From the NCBI RefSeq assembly GCF_006345805.1, contig NC_043003.1, forward strand, positions 12,028,001-12,092,000: DNA of 64,000 nt. Reading direction: 5' to 3'. Below the pieces are notes generated by a model. The model had not been told where the DNA came from. It saw only the letters and a list, made by a program, of their open reading frames with translations, and did not search any database. The DNA comes from Octopus sinensis. Its lineage: Eukaryota. The position numbers and the translations under genes are program-made. Positions 1 to 11,995 of the stretch are shown piece after piece (positions within the stretch are counted from its first letter, which is position 1; each line of letters starts with the position of its first letter).

Positions 1-54
1 TACATACATACATACATACATATGAATATATGTATATATATATGTGTGTATGTT

Positions 55-88
<34 letters not shown>

Positions 89-300
89 GTGTGTGTGTGT
101 GAGTGTATGTGTATGTATGTATGTATTTATATAGATGTGTGTATAAGTCTGTATATGTATGTAATATAAGCACACGTACACTACAGATGCGCAAACACGT
201 CCGCACGTACATCAAAACACAATCACGCACACACACACACAAATACACACACACACACACACACACACACGCATATATATATAGACACAAATATTTATAT
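1..300. repeat. Compound (TA)/(TG)/(CA)/(TACA) microsatellite
   Basis: Visible simple repeats. Confidence 0.95.
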
Positions 301-304
301 ATCT

Positions 305-515
305 CAAGTGTTTTTTACAACCAGTTCATTGTCCGGACACAATAAGAAGTCTGTGCGAATGACATATCAGGGGTGTTTGTTTCCGTCTGCTGTCGTAACG
401 GAAGAGAGACGGTTCTGTTGAGGAGTTCAACAGCAAGTTTCGAACAACAAACATCATCAATACCTCCTCGTCTGGGGAACAACAGCACCGCGCAAGGCAG
501 ACACGGGGAAAATAA
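305..515 (-). mobile_element. Small repeat-like element with a degenerate type I hammerhead-like motif (Penelope pLTR-like)
   Basis: Minus strand 467->401 reads GGAGGTA-TTGATGA-TG..C-GAAA-C..hairpin..G-TC-TCTCTTC. The element identity is inferred. Confidence 0.4.
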
Positions 516-604
516 ATATAGAAATAAATAAATAGATAAATAAATAAATAGAAATATTCGTTGAGATCAAAGTGTTTATAATAGCCATATACATGTATGT
601 GTGT

Positions 605-704
605 NNNNNNNNNNNNNNNNNNNNNNNNNNNNNNNNNNNNNNNNNNNNNNNNNNNNNNNNNNNNNNNNNNNNNNNNNNNNNNNNNNNNNNNNNNNNNNNN
701 NNNN
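605..704. other. Assembly gap (100 N)
   Basis: Run of 100 N between TG and TA microsatellites. Confidence 0.99.
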
Positions 705-742
<38 letters not shown>

Positions 743-782
743 CTATTATATATAGATATATATTAGATATATATATATTATA

Positions 783-814
<32 letters not shown>

Positions 815-849
815 ATATACATATACATATACATATACATATATACTGC

Positions 850-2085
850 CTTCATATAAAATAGCTGGCTGCCTGTGTCCAAGGTAGACGAATACTAGCT
901 ATTTGAAAAATTGACCCTCCGATTGTGGTTCTTTCATTTCACTTTTCTCTTTCATATCTTTTATCAAAAGAACTTCGACTTCTTGATTATCATCGTAAAC
1001 TCATAGACTGGTAAACACTACTGCTACAGAAAACCTGAAGTAGAAAATGTATTCATCAATAGGAACTCCAACCACAACTTAGCTATAAGTTGAAATCGAG
1101 TAACAAATACAACTAGAAGAATCCCTACTTTTATCGGCGGACAAATCTGTTCAACAGGGCTGCACTCCATTACAATGAAGTAATAGCGAAAAGTGACTTT
1201 AATGGAAACAGAGAGTATATGGAAGTCTACCACGCCCACTTCTCCTACACCCAAGAAAGAGAAACAAAGACAATCTAGTTCAATTCTCCACATTTCCATG
1301 ATGATTCCATAACTATAACTTGAAGCTTCCTCTCCTTAATTAAACAGCATCTCTCAAGTACCCATAAGTGCTGCAAACATTTTAATGCACATAACGTTAG
1401 CGTTAGCTACTCATGTCTGGACAATAAAAACATCACATGCAACAACAAACGGAAAACTTCACGCACCGACACAGACGCTACACTTATCTGTAACTGTCGA
1501 AATCCCACCAACTGTCCACTAGGAGGACATTGTCATTGAACCACCGATACACAAACCTAGCGGTATGCCGTGAATCTATACAAGTTTAATTCCCCATGAT
1601 TTCAAGGAAAGATTTAAGCAACACATGCGCTTTTTCAAAGGCAGAGACAGGGGAACTTCCACTTCCCTAAACTACTTTATCAAAATACGTGTAGACCAAG
1701 GAAACGTGTTCCCTAACTTCAAGTAGAGCAACGTTGACAAAGCCTCCTACTCAACTGCTAGCTCTTCCCTATGATTTGCGAACAGGAGAGGGAAGCAAAA
1801 CATACTTCAGCTTGGATGTGGAAGACATACGTAAGAGAAAGACCAATGCTGAGAACAAGTAATAAATATTCAATAAGAGAAGAAAATAGCTTATGCGTGG
1901 CTGTAGTAGTTACAGGTGAATCCAGATTGTTGTGGTGACTGCATGAATGATAGGGGAGAAAACTCGTACTACAAATGGACAAAATTAACAAATACATTCA
2001 CGGCGACATCTGGAAGAGGATCGAAATTGTTGTGACTACTGTTCGACCGCTGATGAAGGGAGTTTTCCTGCAATGCAAACTGTAT
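850..2085 (+). mobile_element. Degenerate Penelope-like element (RT C-terminus plus GIY-YIG endonuclease)
   Basis: Manual translation: CYRKPEVENVFINRNSNH (1022), FNRAALHYNEVIAKSDF..I*FNSPHF..FLSLIKQH..HFNAHNVSVSYSCLDN (1150), NCPLGGHC (1510), YTSLIPHDFKERFKQH (1577). These match PLE motifs YRKP/SNH, WFNPP, VSYSC, CPLxGxC and Y-x-G..FK.R..H. Stops and frameshifts present. Confidence 0.8.
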
Positions 2086-2089
2086 GATA

Positions 2090-2473
2090 TCTTTATATAT
2101 AAAAGAGAGGTTGTGTGTCTGTCTCCTACGATTTAGATTCTTAACTACTCCCACATTTTGCGGTGCAGTTTAACCAAAAGCAGGTATCTTATAGTCGTGA
2201 TTCATATCGAGCCCTTCTGGGTATTAGCGCGCGTCTACGATGAGTCTACGATTTAAAAAAAAAAATTACCATAATTTTTTCCATTTTAATGCATTTTTTC
2301 GCTATTATATAAGGGAAGTAACTCTCTAAAAATGTCTACGATGAGTCAACGATTTAAAAAAAAATTTACCATTTTTAATGCATTTTTTTGCTATTTTTTG
2401 GCTATAACTCTCTAAAAATGCTTATATAGTTATTTCCCTTACAAGCCCGAGCAACGCCGGGCGATACTGCTAG
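2090..2473 (+). mobile_element. Non-autonomous Helitron, family H1
   Basis: 5' TC, 3' CTAG preceded by GC hairpin CCCGAGCAACGCCGGG, inserted between A and T, no TSD; four more related units in the window. Confidence 0.9.
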
Positions 2474-2481
2474 TATATGTA

Positions 2482-2958
2482 TATAAAGCAAATAAGTAAC
2501 AAGGATGTCCAGGTATCAGTGCATTATGACCATTTCAAATGACTCCATTTAATCGATCAATGACAACATACATCAATTTGAAATAAACTGCTCTACTCAG
2601 TGCAGACGGCCATATAGATTTCCAACATACAGGATAGACCATTATATTTTTTAGCAAATTTTTCATCAGTACTAGACACTAAAATAATTACATTGCTTCT
2701 TTTTGCTAAAATAATTACATTGCTTTTCTTTGCAAAGAAAAGCAATGTAATAATTTTTAGTCTCTAGTACAGATGAAAAATTTGCTAAAAAATATAATGG
2801 TGTATCCTGTATGCTGGAAATCTATGTGGTCGTCTGCACTAAGGAGAGAGGTTTATTTCAAATTGATGTACTGTTGTCATTGATCGATTAAATGGAGCCG
2901 CTTGAAACAGCCGTAATGCACTGATACCTGGACATCCTTGTTACGTATTTGCTTTTTA
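2482..2958. mobile_element. Fold-back (palindromic) MITE-like element
   Basis: Arms of about 220 bp are imperfect reverse complements with no spacer (centre TTTG|CAAA at 2732/2733). Confidence 0.85.
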
Positions 2959-3088
2959 TTCACCTAACTTCGAGCTGTGCGGACAATACCGGACTGACTT
3001 GGTGCCTCAACTTAAGTACTTAATTCAACTGAATCTTAATTATTTCTAATATATATATATATATATTAGAAATAATTAAGATATATAC

Positions 3089-3122
<34 letters not shown>

Positions 3123-3123
<1 letters not shown>

Positions 3124-3321
3124 GAGGCGCGTGGCTTAGTGGTTAGGGTGTCAGTATCGTGATCGTAAGATTCCTGGATCATTTCACGTTTCTCCAGTCC
3201 ACTCAGCTGGCAAAAATGAGTAACGCTGCGATGGCCTGGCGTCCCGTCCAGCTAGGGAACACATACGCCATAGAAACCGGGAAACCGGGCCCATGAGCCT
3301 AGCTAGGCTTTAAAAGGGCGC

Positions 3322-3323
<2 letters not shown>
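3123..3323 (+). mobile_element. tRNA-derived SINE family C, followed by (ATT)n
   Basis: Head GGAGGCGCGTGGCTTAGTGGTTAGGG; near-identical to 44146-44385 with an internal deletion. Confidence 0.85.
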
Positions 3324-3395
<72 letters not shown>

Positions 3396-3410
3396 TTTAC
3401 ATGTATATAT

Positions 3411-3452
<42 letters not shown>

Positions 3453-3505
3453 GTATGTATGTATGTATGTATGTGTGTGTGTATGATGTTGTTGATCAGC
3501 TATCG

Positions 3506-3875
3506 TGGCACCCGTCGGTTACAACGACGAGGGTTCCAGTTTATCCGATCACCGGAACAGCCTACTCGTGAAATTAACGTGCAAGTTACTGAGCACTCCA
3601 CAGACACGTGTACCCTTAACTTAGTTCTCAGGGAGATTCAGCATGACACGGAGTGTGACAAGGCTGGCCCTTTGAAATACAGGTACAACAGAAACAGGAA
3701 GAGAAAGTTGTGATGAAAGAGTACAGCAGGGTTTCGCTAACCCCTCCTGCTGAAGCCTCGTGGAGCTTTTGGTGTTTTCGCTCAATAAATACTCACAACG
3801 CCTGGTCTGGGAATCGAAACCGCAATCCTACGACCGCGAGTTCGCTGCTCTAACCACTGAGCCATTACGCCTACA
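3506..3875 (-). mobile_element. tRNA-derived SINE family K
   Basis: Minus-strand head GGCGTAATGGCTCAGTGGTTAGAGC..GGTTTCGATTCCC (A and B boxes); head shared with 52101, 3' part shared with 13180. Confidence 0.85.
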
Positions 3876-4112
3876 CAGGTAAAATTTATATATGTATGTG
3901 TGAGTAGGTGTGTGTGTGCGTGTGTACGTGTATGTGTATGTATGTACGTGAAATGTATGTATATATATATACATATAATTTTTAAATCTTCTAATATAAA
4001 TATAATATAATTAATATAATATAATATAGTATAATATAATATAATAAACCTGGTGCTTAATCTATTTCCTTTTTATGCCAAACCGCTAAGTTACAGGGAC
4101 GTAAACAAACCT

Positions 4113-4420
4113 GAACTTGTGTGTGTATGTGTGTGCATGCATGCGTGTGTGTGTATGTGCGTGCGTGTGTGTGTGTGCGCGTGCGTGTGTGTGTGTGTGT
4201 GAGCCTCTGTGTGTGTGTGTGTGTGTACGTGTGTATGTGTGTGTATGTGTGTATGAGTGTGTGCGTGCGTGTGTATGCGTTTGTGCGCGCGTGCATGTGT
4301 GTGCGCGCGTGCGTGCGTAATGCGTGGTGTGTGTGTGTGTGTGTACCTGCGTGCATGCGTGTGTGTGTGTACCTGCGTGCATGCGTGTGTGTGTGTGTAT
4401 GTGTGTGTGTGAGTTTGTGT
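4113..4420. repeat. (TG)/(TGCG) microsatellite
   Basis: Visible simple repeat. Confidence 0.95.
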
Positions 4421-5339
4421 TCGCGTACACGTCATGAATTCAAGAGCGAAAGAATTACCATTCACGCAGAATTATCTGAATTCAAGTTCATGTTTTCGAG
4501 TTATTTCCCAAAATAATGTCGCCATGATAATGATTTGTTAACGACAAGCGTGACCAATAAGAATGATCGGCAGAAACCAAATTCCAAGACAAATACTATT
4601 TAATTAGTAATCAATAACAGAAACTGAATCGTGCAACAAAAGATATAAGTCAGGGCGAAGTTTCTTTATTTCTCCATCATGATTTTCAGTGAATTTTCTG
4701 TCGCTGTTCATGCTTCGTGTTTGTCGCTGTTGCTGTTGGTTCATGCCAGGGAAAACTGCTTGCATGCCAAATTCTTGGAAGTTGGCGATATATTTCGCAA
4801 AGTTCAATTGATGAACTAATCAATTCCAATTGATTTCTCTTCGTTAGTTGTCTCATGCAATTTCCACAGCCGTTACAAATTATCCGTGACGGAATTACGA
4901 ACGCGGAATACTTGATAAACACATTAGAATGGCAGCACAAACACACTTCAACGTAAACAATGCAACACGGCGTTGAATCGTACATTTCAGATCCTGCTTA
5001 GATTACGTGGATGAAAGGCGTGGTCTAGAGGTTGGGTATTGCGCTAACGATCGCAAGATCGTGGTTTCGATCCAGAATGAAATCCGTTTTTTTTTTTGTT
5101 TTGTTTTTTTTTGTTTTTTTTTGGCATCTCTTGTCTACGTAGAACATCTGCTTCGAGTCTCCAAATATACAGCTATTGTACGAGCCCAAGGTTGAATATT
5201 TATGAAAGTAAGACGAAAAAAGTATAGGATAGGACGAAAAGAAAATGTTTTGAACATAAATCATATATTTGAATCAAATACATTTTTTTCCTTTTTCATT
5301 TTGATAAACCACTGAGATCACAAATATGAGACTTATTGA

Positions 5340-5640
5340 TGTAAGGAAGTCCATCCATGCATCACTCCATCTTCACCACCCATTATTCCTAGGGAGGTTG
5401 TAGGGGTAGAGTCCTTAGGAACCTCCTCCAAAAAGTTCTATCAGAAACAACCGCCATTACACTTTCTGGTTGGATTCCCAAGCATGATCGTCTCAGTTGG
5501 ATATTATCCAACCATCTTGTTTATGATCTATCCCTAAATTTCCCGCTGGTTGGTTGAGTTCAACAATCCGTCTTCCGATTCTTTCCTGACACCTTCTAAT
5601 AACATGCCTGTAATACTAACGCTGTGGCCTCTCAAAGCAG
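5340..5640 (-). mobile_element. Degenerate RTE-type LINE 3' fragment
   Basis: Minus translation ERPQR*YYRHVIRRCQERIGRRIVEL..GW resembles the RTE C-terminal R-W(Y/F)GHV.R..GRP..RW region. Confidence 0.5.
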
Positions 5641-5871
5641 AAAAGCGGCAGCTCGACCTGAAATGACTTCGAGCTACACACCCTATCGAGTAATGTTACT
5701 CCAGAGACCTTTTGGGGTACCCCATTTCGGCCGCTTGTATTCACGATCGTACTCTTTCGGTCATTACAACAACAGGCATGATCATAGGTGAGGGTAAAAC
5801 CAATTATAAGTTTGGCATTTTTCTACTAGCTTCTCAATGGAGAAGTTCTTAACCAGATCAAACCGAAACTG

Positions 5872-6140
5872 TCGCTAGAAGCTAGGATCACCAAGCATAG
5901 ATTGACATATTTTGATCATATTATGCGGAGAAAATCCCTGGAGAAGGATATCATGCTAGGAATGGTCAGTGGCAAGAGAGGAAGAGGCCGACCAAGAAGC
6001 CGCTGGCTTGACACCATCAAAAGTAATACGGGAATGGACATAGCCAATCTGAAAGAAGCGGCCCAGGATAGAACTGGCTGGAGGACACTGATCCATCGAG
6101 TTACCGAGAGTCGACTTCGACTGAGCGGATAGATAGAGAT
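5872..6140 (+). mobile_element. RTE (BovB-like) LINE 3' end
   Basis: SLEARITKHRLTYFDHIMRRKSLEKDIMLGMVSGKRGRGRPRSRWLDTI..AAQDRTGWRTLIHRVTESRLRLSG* is a typical RTE/BovB C-terminus; open frame suggests a young 5'-truncated copy. Confidence 0.9.
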
Positions 6141-6149
6141 CTCCTCTCT

Positions 6150-6700
6150 TGAAGATCGAAAGCTAGAGTTGGTGCATTACTGAATCAATACCTGCAATTC
6201 TAGTATCCAACTCAGTCTCCTGCTTCCCATCATTCGTGAATATTGACCCAATATAAACTTGTCCATTTGTCTCAGTGATGTTCCACTGATTTGCAGAGAG
6301 CACCGGAAGAACTTTCTTGGGAGGACCAATGTCTCAGTTTTTCAACACATCCCTGCCTTGTAGCACTCGACAGCGAATACTGGAGATAACCTTTTGATGA
6401 ACCAAGTAGCAAAATATACGCAAATATGAGCCGAACGTCCATACACTCACACATCGTGATACCGTTTCCACAACGGCTGCGCATGTTAATGTAATTCATA
6501 AAAATTATGAAAAGGAGAGGTGAGAATGCACACCCCTTCCTTAACGAAGTCACTGCAGCTCTAGACGTAATTATCATCGATTTTGTCTTACAAGGAGACT
6601 TCGATGCATATCTTGGCACCGTTCACCGGATGTAGAAATGACAGATTAGGCGGAATGGCGAAGTTGAACCCAACGTGAACGGAGAGGTCTTACTAGGCTT
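6150..6700 (-). mobile_element. RTE-type LINE reverse transcriptase fragment
   Basis: SLRKGCAFSPLLFIIFMNYI..VRLIFAYILLL..GYLQYSL matches degenerate RT motifs (G.RQGC.LSP.LF; LLFADD). Confidence 0.8.
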
Positions 6701-6817
6701 CTGAGCTGAGCTTCAATGTAAGGAAATTGAAAGATAAATATTCAATTATAATAAGGTGAGAGTCAAAGAGAATAAATATGAGCATTGGGTTTACGCAACG
6801 TATGGAAAAATATTAGC

Positions 6818-7028
6818 TTCAAATTTTGGAACAAGGCCAGAAATTTGCGAGGAGGAGTAAGTCGATTACATCGACCCCAGTGATTCACTGGTATTTATTT
6901 TATCGACCTCCGAGAAGATGAAAGGTAAGATTGACTTCAGCGGAATTTGAACTCAGAACGTGACGACAGACAAAATACCGCTAAGCATTTTGCCCGGCGT
7001 GCTGACGGCTCTGCCAGCTCTCCGCCTT
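6818..7028 (-). mobile_element. SINE family A
   Basis: Reverse complement of the GCGAGCTGGCAG head, GAGTTCAAATTCC B box and central CTTTCATC..GGTCGATAAA..AAGTACCAG domain. Confidence 0.85.
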
Positions 7029-7319
7029 AACACATTGGAAAATATTAAAAATTTTGTAAATCAACACTAAAACTTGATGATCATCCGTTTACATAATGTT
7101 TTGACATTCGACCCGTTTCTCAAAATCCAATTAATATACTTCAAACAGCGATTCCATTTCAAATAAATTGAAAAATAGTCATTTAGTTTTTTGTTTTGTT
7201 TAATTTCTTCATTTCATGATTAGCCACCGTGGCTCATGCAATAGAAGTGCCAATAGAAGTACTCCAAGCGGTATGATGTATGTCTGCAAGTGAGTATGTT
7301 TGTTTGCGTTGTCTGTTTC

Positions 7320-7663
7320 TTTGTGTGTGTGTGTTGTGTGTGTGTGTGTGTGTGCGCGTAGGTATAAATAATATATGTATAAAGTTTCAAATATAGATGT
7401 ACACATACGTATTTACGTATATCTATAAATATATGTATATGTGCATGTGTAGGTGTGTGTATATATATATATGTACATATATATGTGTGTATATATATAT
7501 ATAAATATATATGTGTATATATATATATATATATAATATAAATATAAATATATATATATGTGTGTATATATATATATATATACACACATATATATATTTA
7601 TATTTATAAATATATATGCATATATATATATATATATATATATAGATAGATATAATATATATA

Positions 7664-7733
<70 letters not shown>

Positions 7734-8032
7734 GAGAGAGAGAGAGAGATGTATGCATATATACATACATATATGCATACATACATATATACTTAAGTGT
7801 GTGTATCTGTATATACATGTTTGTGTGTGCTAGAATATGTAAACATTATATATAGATAAAGATATAGATGCATATATACATATACATACATACATACATA
7901 CACATAAACATTAATACGCACAGATATACACGTATGTATGCGTATATATAACTATGTATGTGTATGACTTTGTATATACATTGCTCACACACACATAAAC
8001 ATACATTGCTCACACACACACACACATACACA

Positions 8033-8075
<43 letters not shown>

Positions 8076-8080
8076 GCACG
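7320..8080. repeat. Compound TG/TA/GA/CA microsatellite block
   Basis: Visible simple repeats. Confidence 0.95.
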
Positions 8081-8589
8081 CAAACGTTGAGAATTATGTC
8101 TTCATATTTCATTTCTACAAAGACGGAAGCAAATGCTTGAATTATGAGCGACTGCTTCTTGAAGGTATTTACTTGGCTATTTATGGATTTACATGTTTCT
8201 TTTTAATTAAAAAAAAATTTCACTTGCCAACATTTATTTTACAGCCAATAATCAAATAATTTAGACACGTTTGTTTGCTTGTTTTCGTCGTTGTTTCTTT
8301 TATAACTTTTGTTTCCTTCTTATATTACTAATTCCTTCCGCACACTCACCAGGACTAAGGAAAGTTTCCGCCACATTAACAGATTATATCCTAGGGAGCG
8401 GAGCCTCTTCGAGTGGCGAAACCTGTTAGAAGTTGCGACTACATCTCCCCTCCTCGTATTACATACAGCCCCTTGTTTCGAAAGTGGGAAGGGCGCGTTC
8501 GATAATGTAATCAAAGATAAGTGTTGCTCATTGAAGAGGGCGGGATGGTCATGGCAAGAATCACTTTCGGTATAAGTCTGCTCACTCAG

Positions 8590-10000
8590 AGGTGAACTAG
8601 AGTTAAATAATTCTTTCGAATTTTTGACGCAAGTTCAGCAGTTTTGAGACGAAGGATAAATCGATTACGAAAGGTAAAGTCAACCGAACAGGATTCGAAC
8701 TCAGAATGTAAAGAGCTGGAAGAAATGTCTCTAAACATTCTGTCTGACGCGCCAGCGATTCTTCCAACTCGTCGCCTTCTTAGGGCCAAATTTTTCAAAT
8801 TTTGGAGCAAGGCCAGCAATTTTAAGGGTAGAAATAAATCAATTACATCAACCTCATGACTTCGTTGATACTTTATTTTATCGACCCAGACAGGAAGATA
8901 AACAAAGTTAACTGCGACAAAATTTTAAGTCAGAATGTAGAAAACCGGAAGAAATTCCGCTAACGATTTTGCAACAACAAACATTGTCAGATTTTTCCGA
9001 TCAGTACAAAGACCCCCCAAGATTTATTATTCACCTTAAGAATTCTATCGTTTTGATACTGTTTTATATAGAAACAAAAGCTCGAATTTTGGAAAGCGGA
9101 TTCAATCGATTATATTGATCTCAGTACTTGATTGGTGTATCATTTTAACGTCCCCGAAAGGTTCCGTACGAAACTTGTCGTAACTAAATATCTCCAGCTA
9201 TAATTGATTTAAACTTTGGGTCAAGGCTATCAATTTTGAGGTGAAGGCAAGTATAGCCTCGATCCCAATGCTCAATTGCTATTTATTTTATCATCGATCC
9301 CGAAAGGATGAAAAAATGAAAGGCAAAGTCAACCTCAGCGGCATTTGAACTCAGAATGTAAAGAGCCAATTCTGCCAGCCCGCCATCTTGAATTATGTGA
9401 TATTTTTTACTACTTAAGGAGCAAAGCCTGATATTTTGTGCGGAGGACTTAATACCGGGACTTAACTGGTATTATTTTGTTAACCTCGAAAGGATGAAAG
9501 GCAAAGTCGACTTTAGCAGCATTTGAACTCAGAATGTAAAGAGCCGAAAGAAATACCGCTAAACATTTTGGTTGACGTTCTAACGGTTCTGTCAACTCAC
9601 CACTTTCATGAATTCTGTGATACTGGTTTCAAATTTTGGCACAAGGCTAGCAGTTTTGGTGGGAGGGATTGAGTCGATTACATCGACCCCAGTGATCAAC
9701 TGGTACTTATATTATGAAAATGGTTTTGAAGAATAACTGTCCTTCTCTGACCTGTGAGATCCATTTTACACTACAATCTGGCTCACAAAACCAAATGAAT
9801 TTGACACTCCTGACAAATATCGTCTGCTCAACATTGATAACATTTCAACATTGATAACTGGTTGCAGCTATAAACGACAGCATCGACCCTCGAAAGGATG
9901 AAAGGCGAAGTCGACCTTGACAGAATTTGAACGTAAAAACAGAAGAAATGCTGCTAAGCATTTTTTTCCGGAGCGGTAACGATTCTGCCAGTTCGCCGCC
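8590..10000 (-). mobile_element. Cluster of about 7 degenerate SINE-A copies, all minus strand
   Basis: Repeated GAAAGGATGAAAGGCAAAGTC..GAATTTGAACTCAGAA(C/T)GTA-like blocks near 8660, 8880, 9120, 9300, 9490, 9680 (partial) and 9890. Confidence 0.8.
9715..9860 (-). repeat. Unclassified dispersed repeat (second copy 12640-12790, opposite strand)
   Basis: Shared GAGCAGACGATATTTGTC..GTCAAATTC..GGTTTTGTG..CAGGTC..TTATTCTTC(G/A)AAACCATTTTC. Confidence 0.7.
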
Positions 10001-10524
10001 TTATATGTATTCTGTAATATTAATTAGCGATGAGAGGGGAAGACGACAAAGAAGCAGAAGTGCTAAGTCTAGATTCCTTATTTAGTTTCGTCCCAGTACG
10101 TTCGGAATTTCCAATCCCGTCGGGGTTGATTCTGTCTTTCCTACATCCGGTGTTGATAAAATAAGTACCAGACACTCATGTTGGCGCTAATTTAATCCAC
10201 TACACACGCTTGTCTACAAATGTGTGACATTGGGCAGAGGTTCTCAAACCGACAAACATCAGCCCCCTCCCATCTATAACTCACTGCTTAATATTAATGT
10301 TTGTTTGTTTCTTTATTTTTTGGTCCTCCCACCCTCCGCTTTATTAACGAGAAGACAAAATAGAGTTTGAGTTTGTATCCATATAATTCATCTTTTTAAA
10401 CTTTGAAATAAGTTTAAAAAATTTTAACCATCTTTTTATTTGATACAGCAATTTCTCTGCCCGCTTTTGTATCCTCACAGACCCACTCACAAAGGAGTGG
10501 GCCTGCTCCTCCGTATCTTTATTT

Positions 10525-10740
10525 TTTACTTGATTGAGTCATTGGACTACGGCCATGCTGGGGCACCACATCGAAGAGTTTCATTCAATGGAATCGATCC
10601 AAGTACTTACATTTTAAAGTTTGGTATTTATTCTATCCGTCTTCTTTTGTCAAACTGCTAAGTTACAGGGACGTAAAGAAGAAAGCCAACACTGGATATC
10701 AAGCGGTGTGGTGGTGAACAAACAAGCATAGAGCCGCACA
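10525..10740 (-). mobile_element. SINE family B, 3' half
   Basis: Reverse complement of the GGTGC(T/C)CCAGCATGGCCG tail and AGTACTT..CTAAGTTAC segments. Confidence 0.8.
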
Positions 10741-10749
10741 CACAAATAC

Positions 10750-11130
10750 TTCTTATAAATTAAGCAAATGTTGAATGCAGAATAACTGTAAAAACAACTT
10801 TTAGAAAAATCGGGTAAATATACCCCCTATAGACGGAAATAAATAGCCAGCAGCCACTAGAGGCAATCGAACTCGGTACCTCACAAATTCTGGTTGACGA
10901 TTTGTACCATTGACTTAAATAAACCCTGACAACGGCTGCCCTCTTTTGGAAAGTGAAAGCAGTTTTTAATAAACAAACATAGAAGCGTCGAGTGAACTGA
11001 TGTCTTATAAGAAATTAAAGAAATCTCGAACAGATTTTTTTTCACCTGTAGGTGGGTATTTACCCGATTTTCTAAAAGCTGTTTTCACGGCAATTATCCT
11101 GCATTCGAGATCTCCTTAATTTCTAAAAGA
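10750..11130. mobile_element. MITE with about 95-bp imperfect terminal inverted repeats
   Basis: 10750-10845 (..CTTTTAGAAAAATCGGGTAAATA..) is the reverse complement of 11035-11130 (..TATTTACCCGATTTTCTAAAAG..). Confidence 0.75.
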
Positions 11131-11329
11131 AAATAACAACTCACATAAAAAATTATTCTCATATATATAGATATACACACACACACACACACGCGCACAC
11201 ACACACACACCACACACACATATTTGTAAATAGTAAGGGGTTACTCCAAACGTTTACCGGTTTGCTCTCAGTTAGGTATTCAAAAAAAATTATTCAACAG
11301 TTAATATTTAAACCTAATATTCTCATAAG

Positions 11330-11725
11330 GCGGCGAGCTGGCAGAAACGTTAGCACGTCGGGCGAAATGTGTAGCCGTATTTCGTCTACCGTTACGTTCT
11401 GAGTTCAAATTCCGCCGAGGTCGACTTTGCCTTTCATCCTTTCGGGGTCGATCAAAATAAGTACCAGTTACGCACTGGGGTCGATATAATCAACTTAATC
11501 CATTTGTCTGTCATTGTTTGTCCTCTCTGTGTTTAGCCCTTTGTGGGTAGTAAAGAAATAGGTATTTCGTCTATCTTTACGTTGTAAGTTCAAATTCCGC
11601 CGACGTTGACTTTGCCTTTCATCCTTTCAAGGTGGATAAATTAAGTACCAGTTGCGTACTGGATCGATCTAATCGACTACCCCCTCCCCCAAAATTTCGG
11701 GCCTTACGCCTAGAGTAGAAAAGAA
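11330..11725 (+). mobile_element. Dimeric SINE-A (full unit plus head-less second unit)
   Basis: Unit 1 ends AAAGAAATAGGTATTTCGTC and continues into a second B box/central domain with a different tail; same layout at 28700, 61165 and 62030. Confidence 0.9.
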
Positions 11726-11834
11726 AAATATTCTCATAATTTAGAGATATATTCTATAGGATAATTTTAAATATTTTTCCTCAACCATATAGATTTCCTG
11801 GAATATATCAACAATAATAATAATAAAGATTATT

Positions 11835-11995
11835 ACTGGTTTCCATACAGTTTCCGTATACCAAATCCACTCACAAATATTGATCCGACCGGGGCTATAG
11901 TAGAAGATACGTGTCTAAGATGCCGCGCAGTGGGACTGAACTTGATATCACGCGGTTGCAAAGTAAAATTTCTTAACCACAGAACCATGCCAGCG
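11835..11995 (-). mobile_element. SINE-B 5' half, degenerate
   Basis: CAGTTTCCGT..CCAAATCCACTCAC..GCAGTGGGACTGAAC. Confidence 0.75.

Noticed and set aside
4430-4990. Non-repetitive-looking stretch with short ORFs
   Set aside because: No recognisable domain, splice pair or structure; cannot be assessed without a homology search
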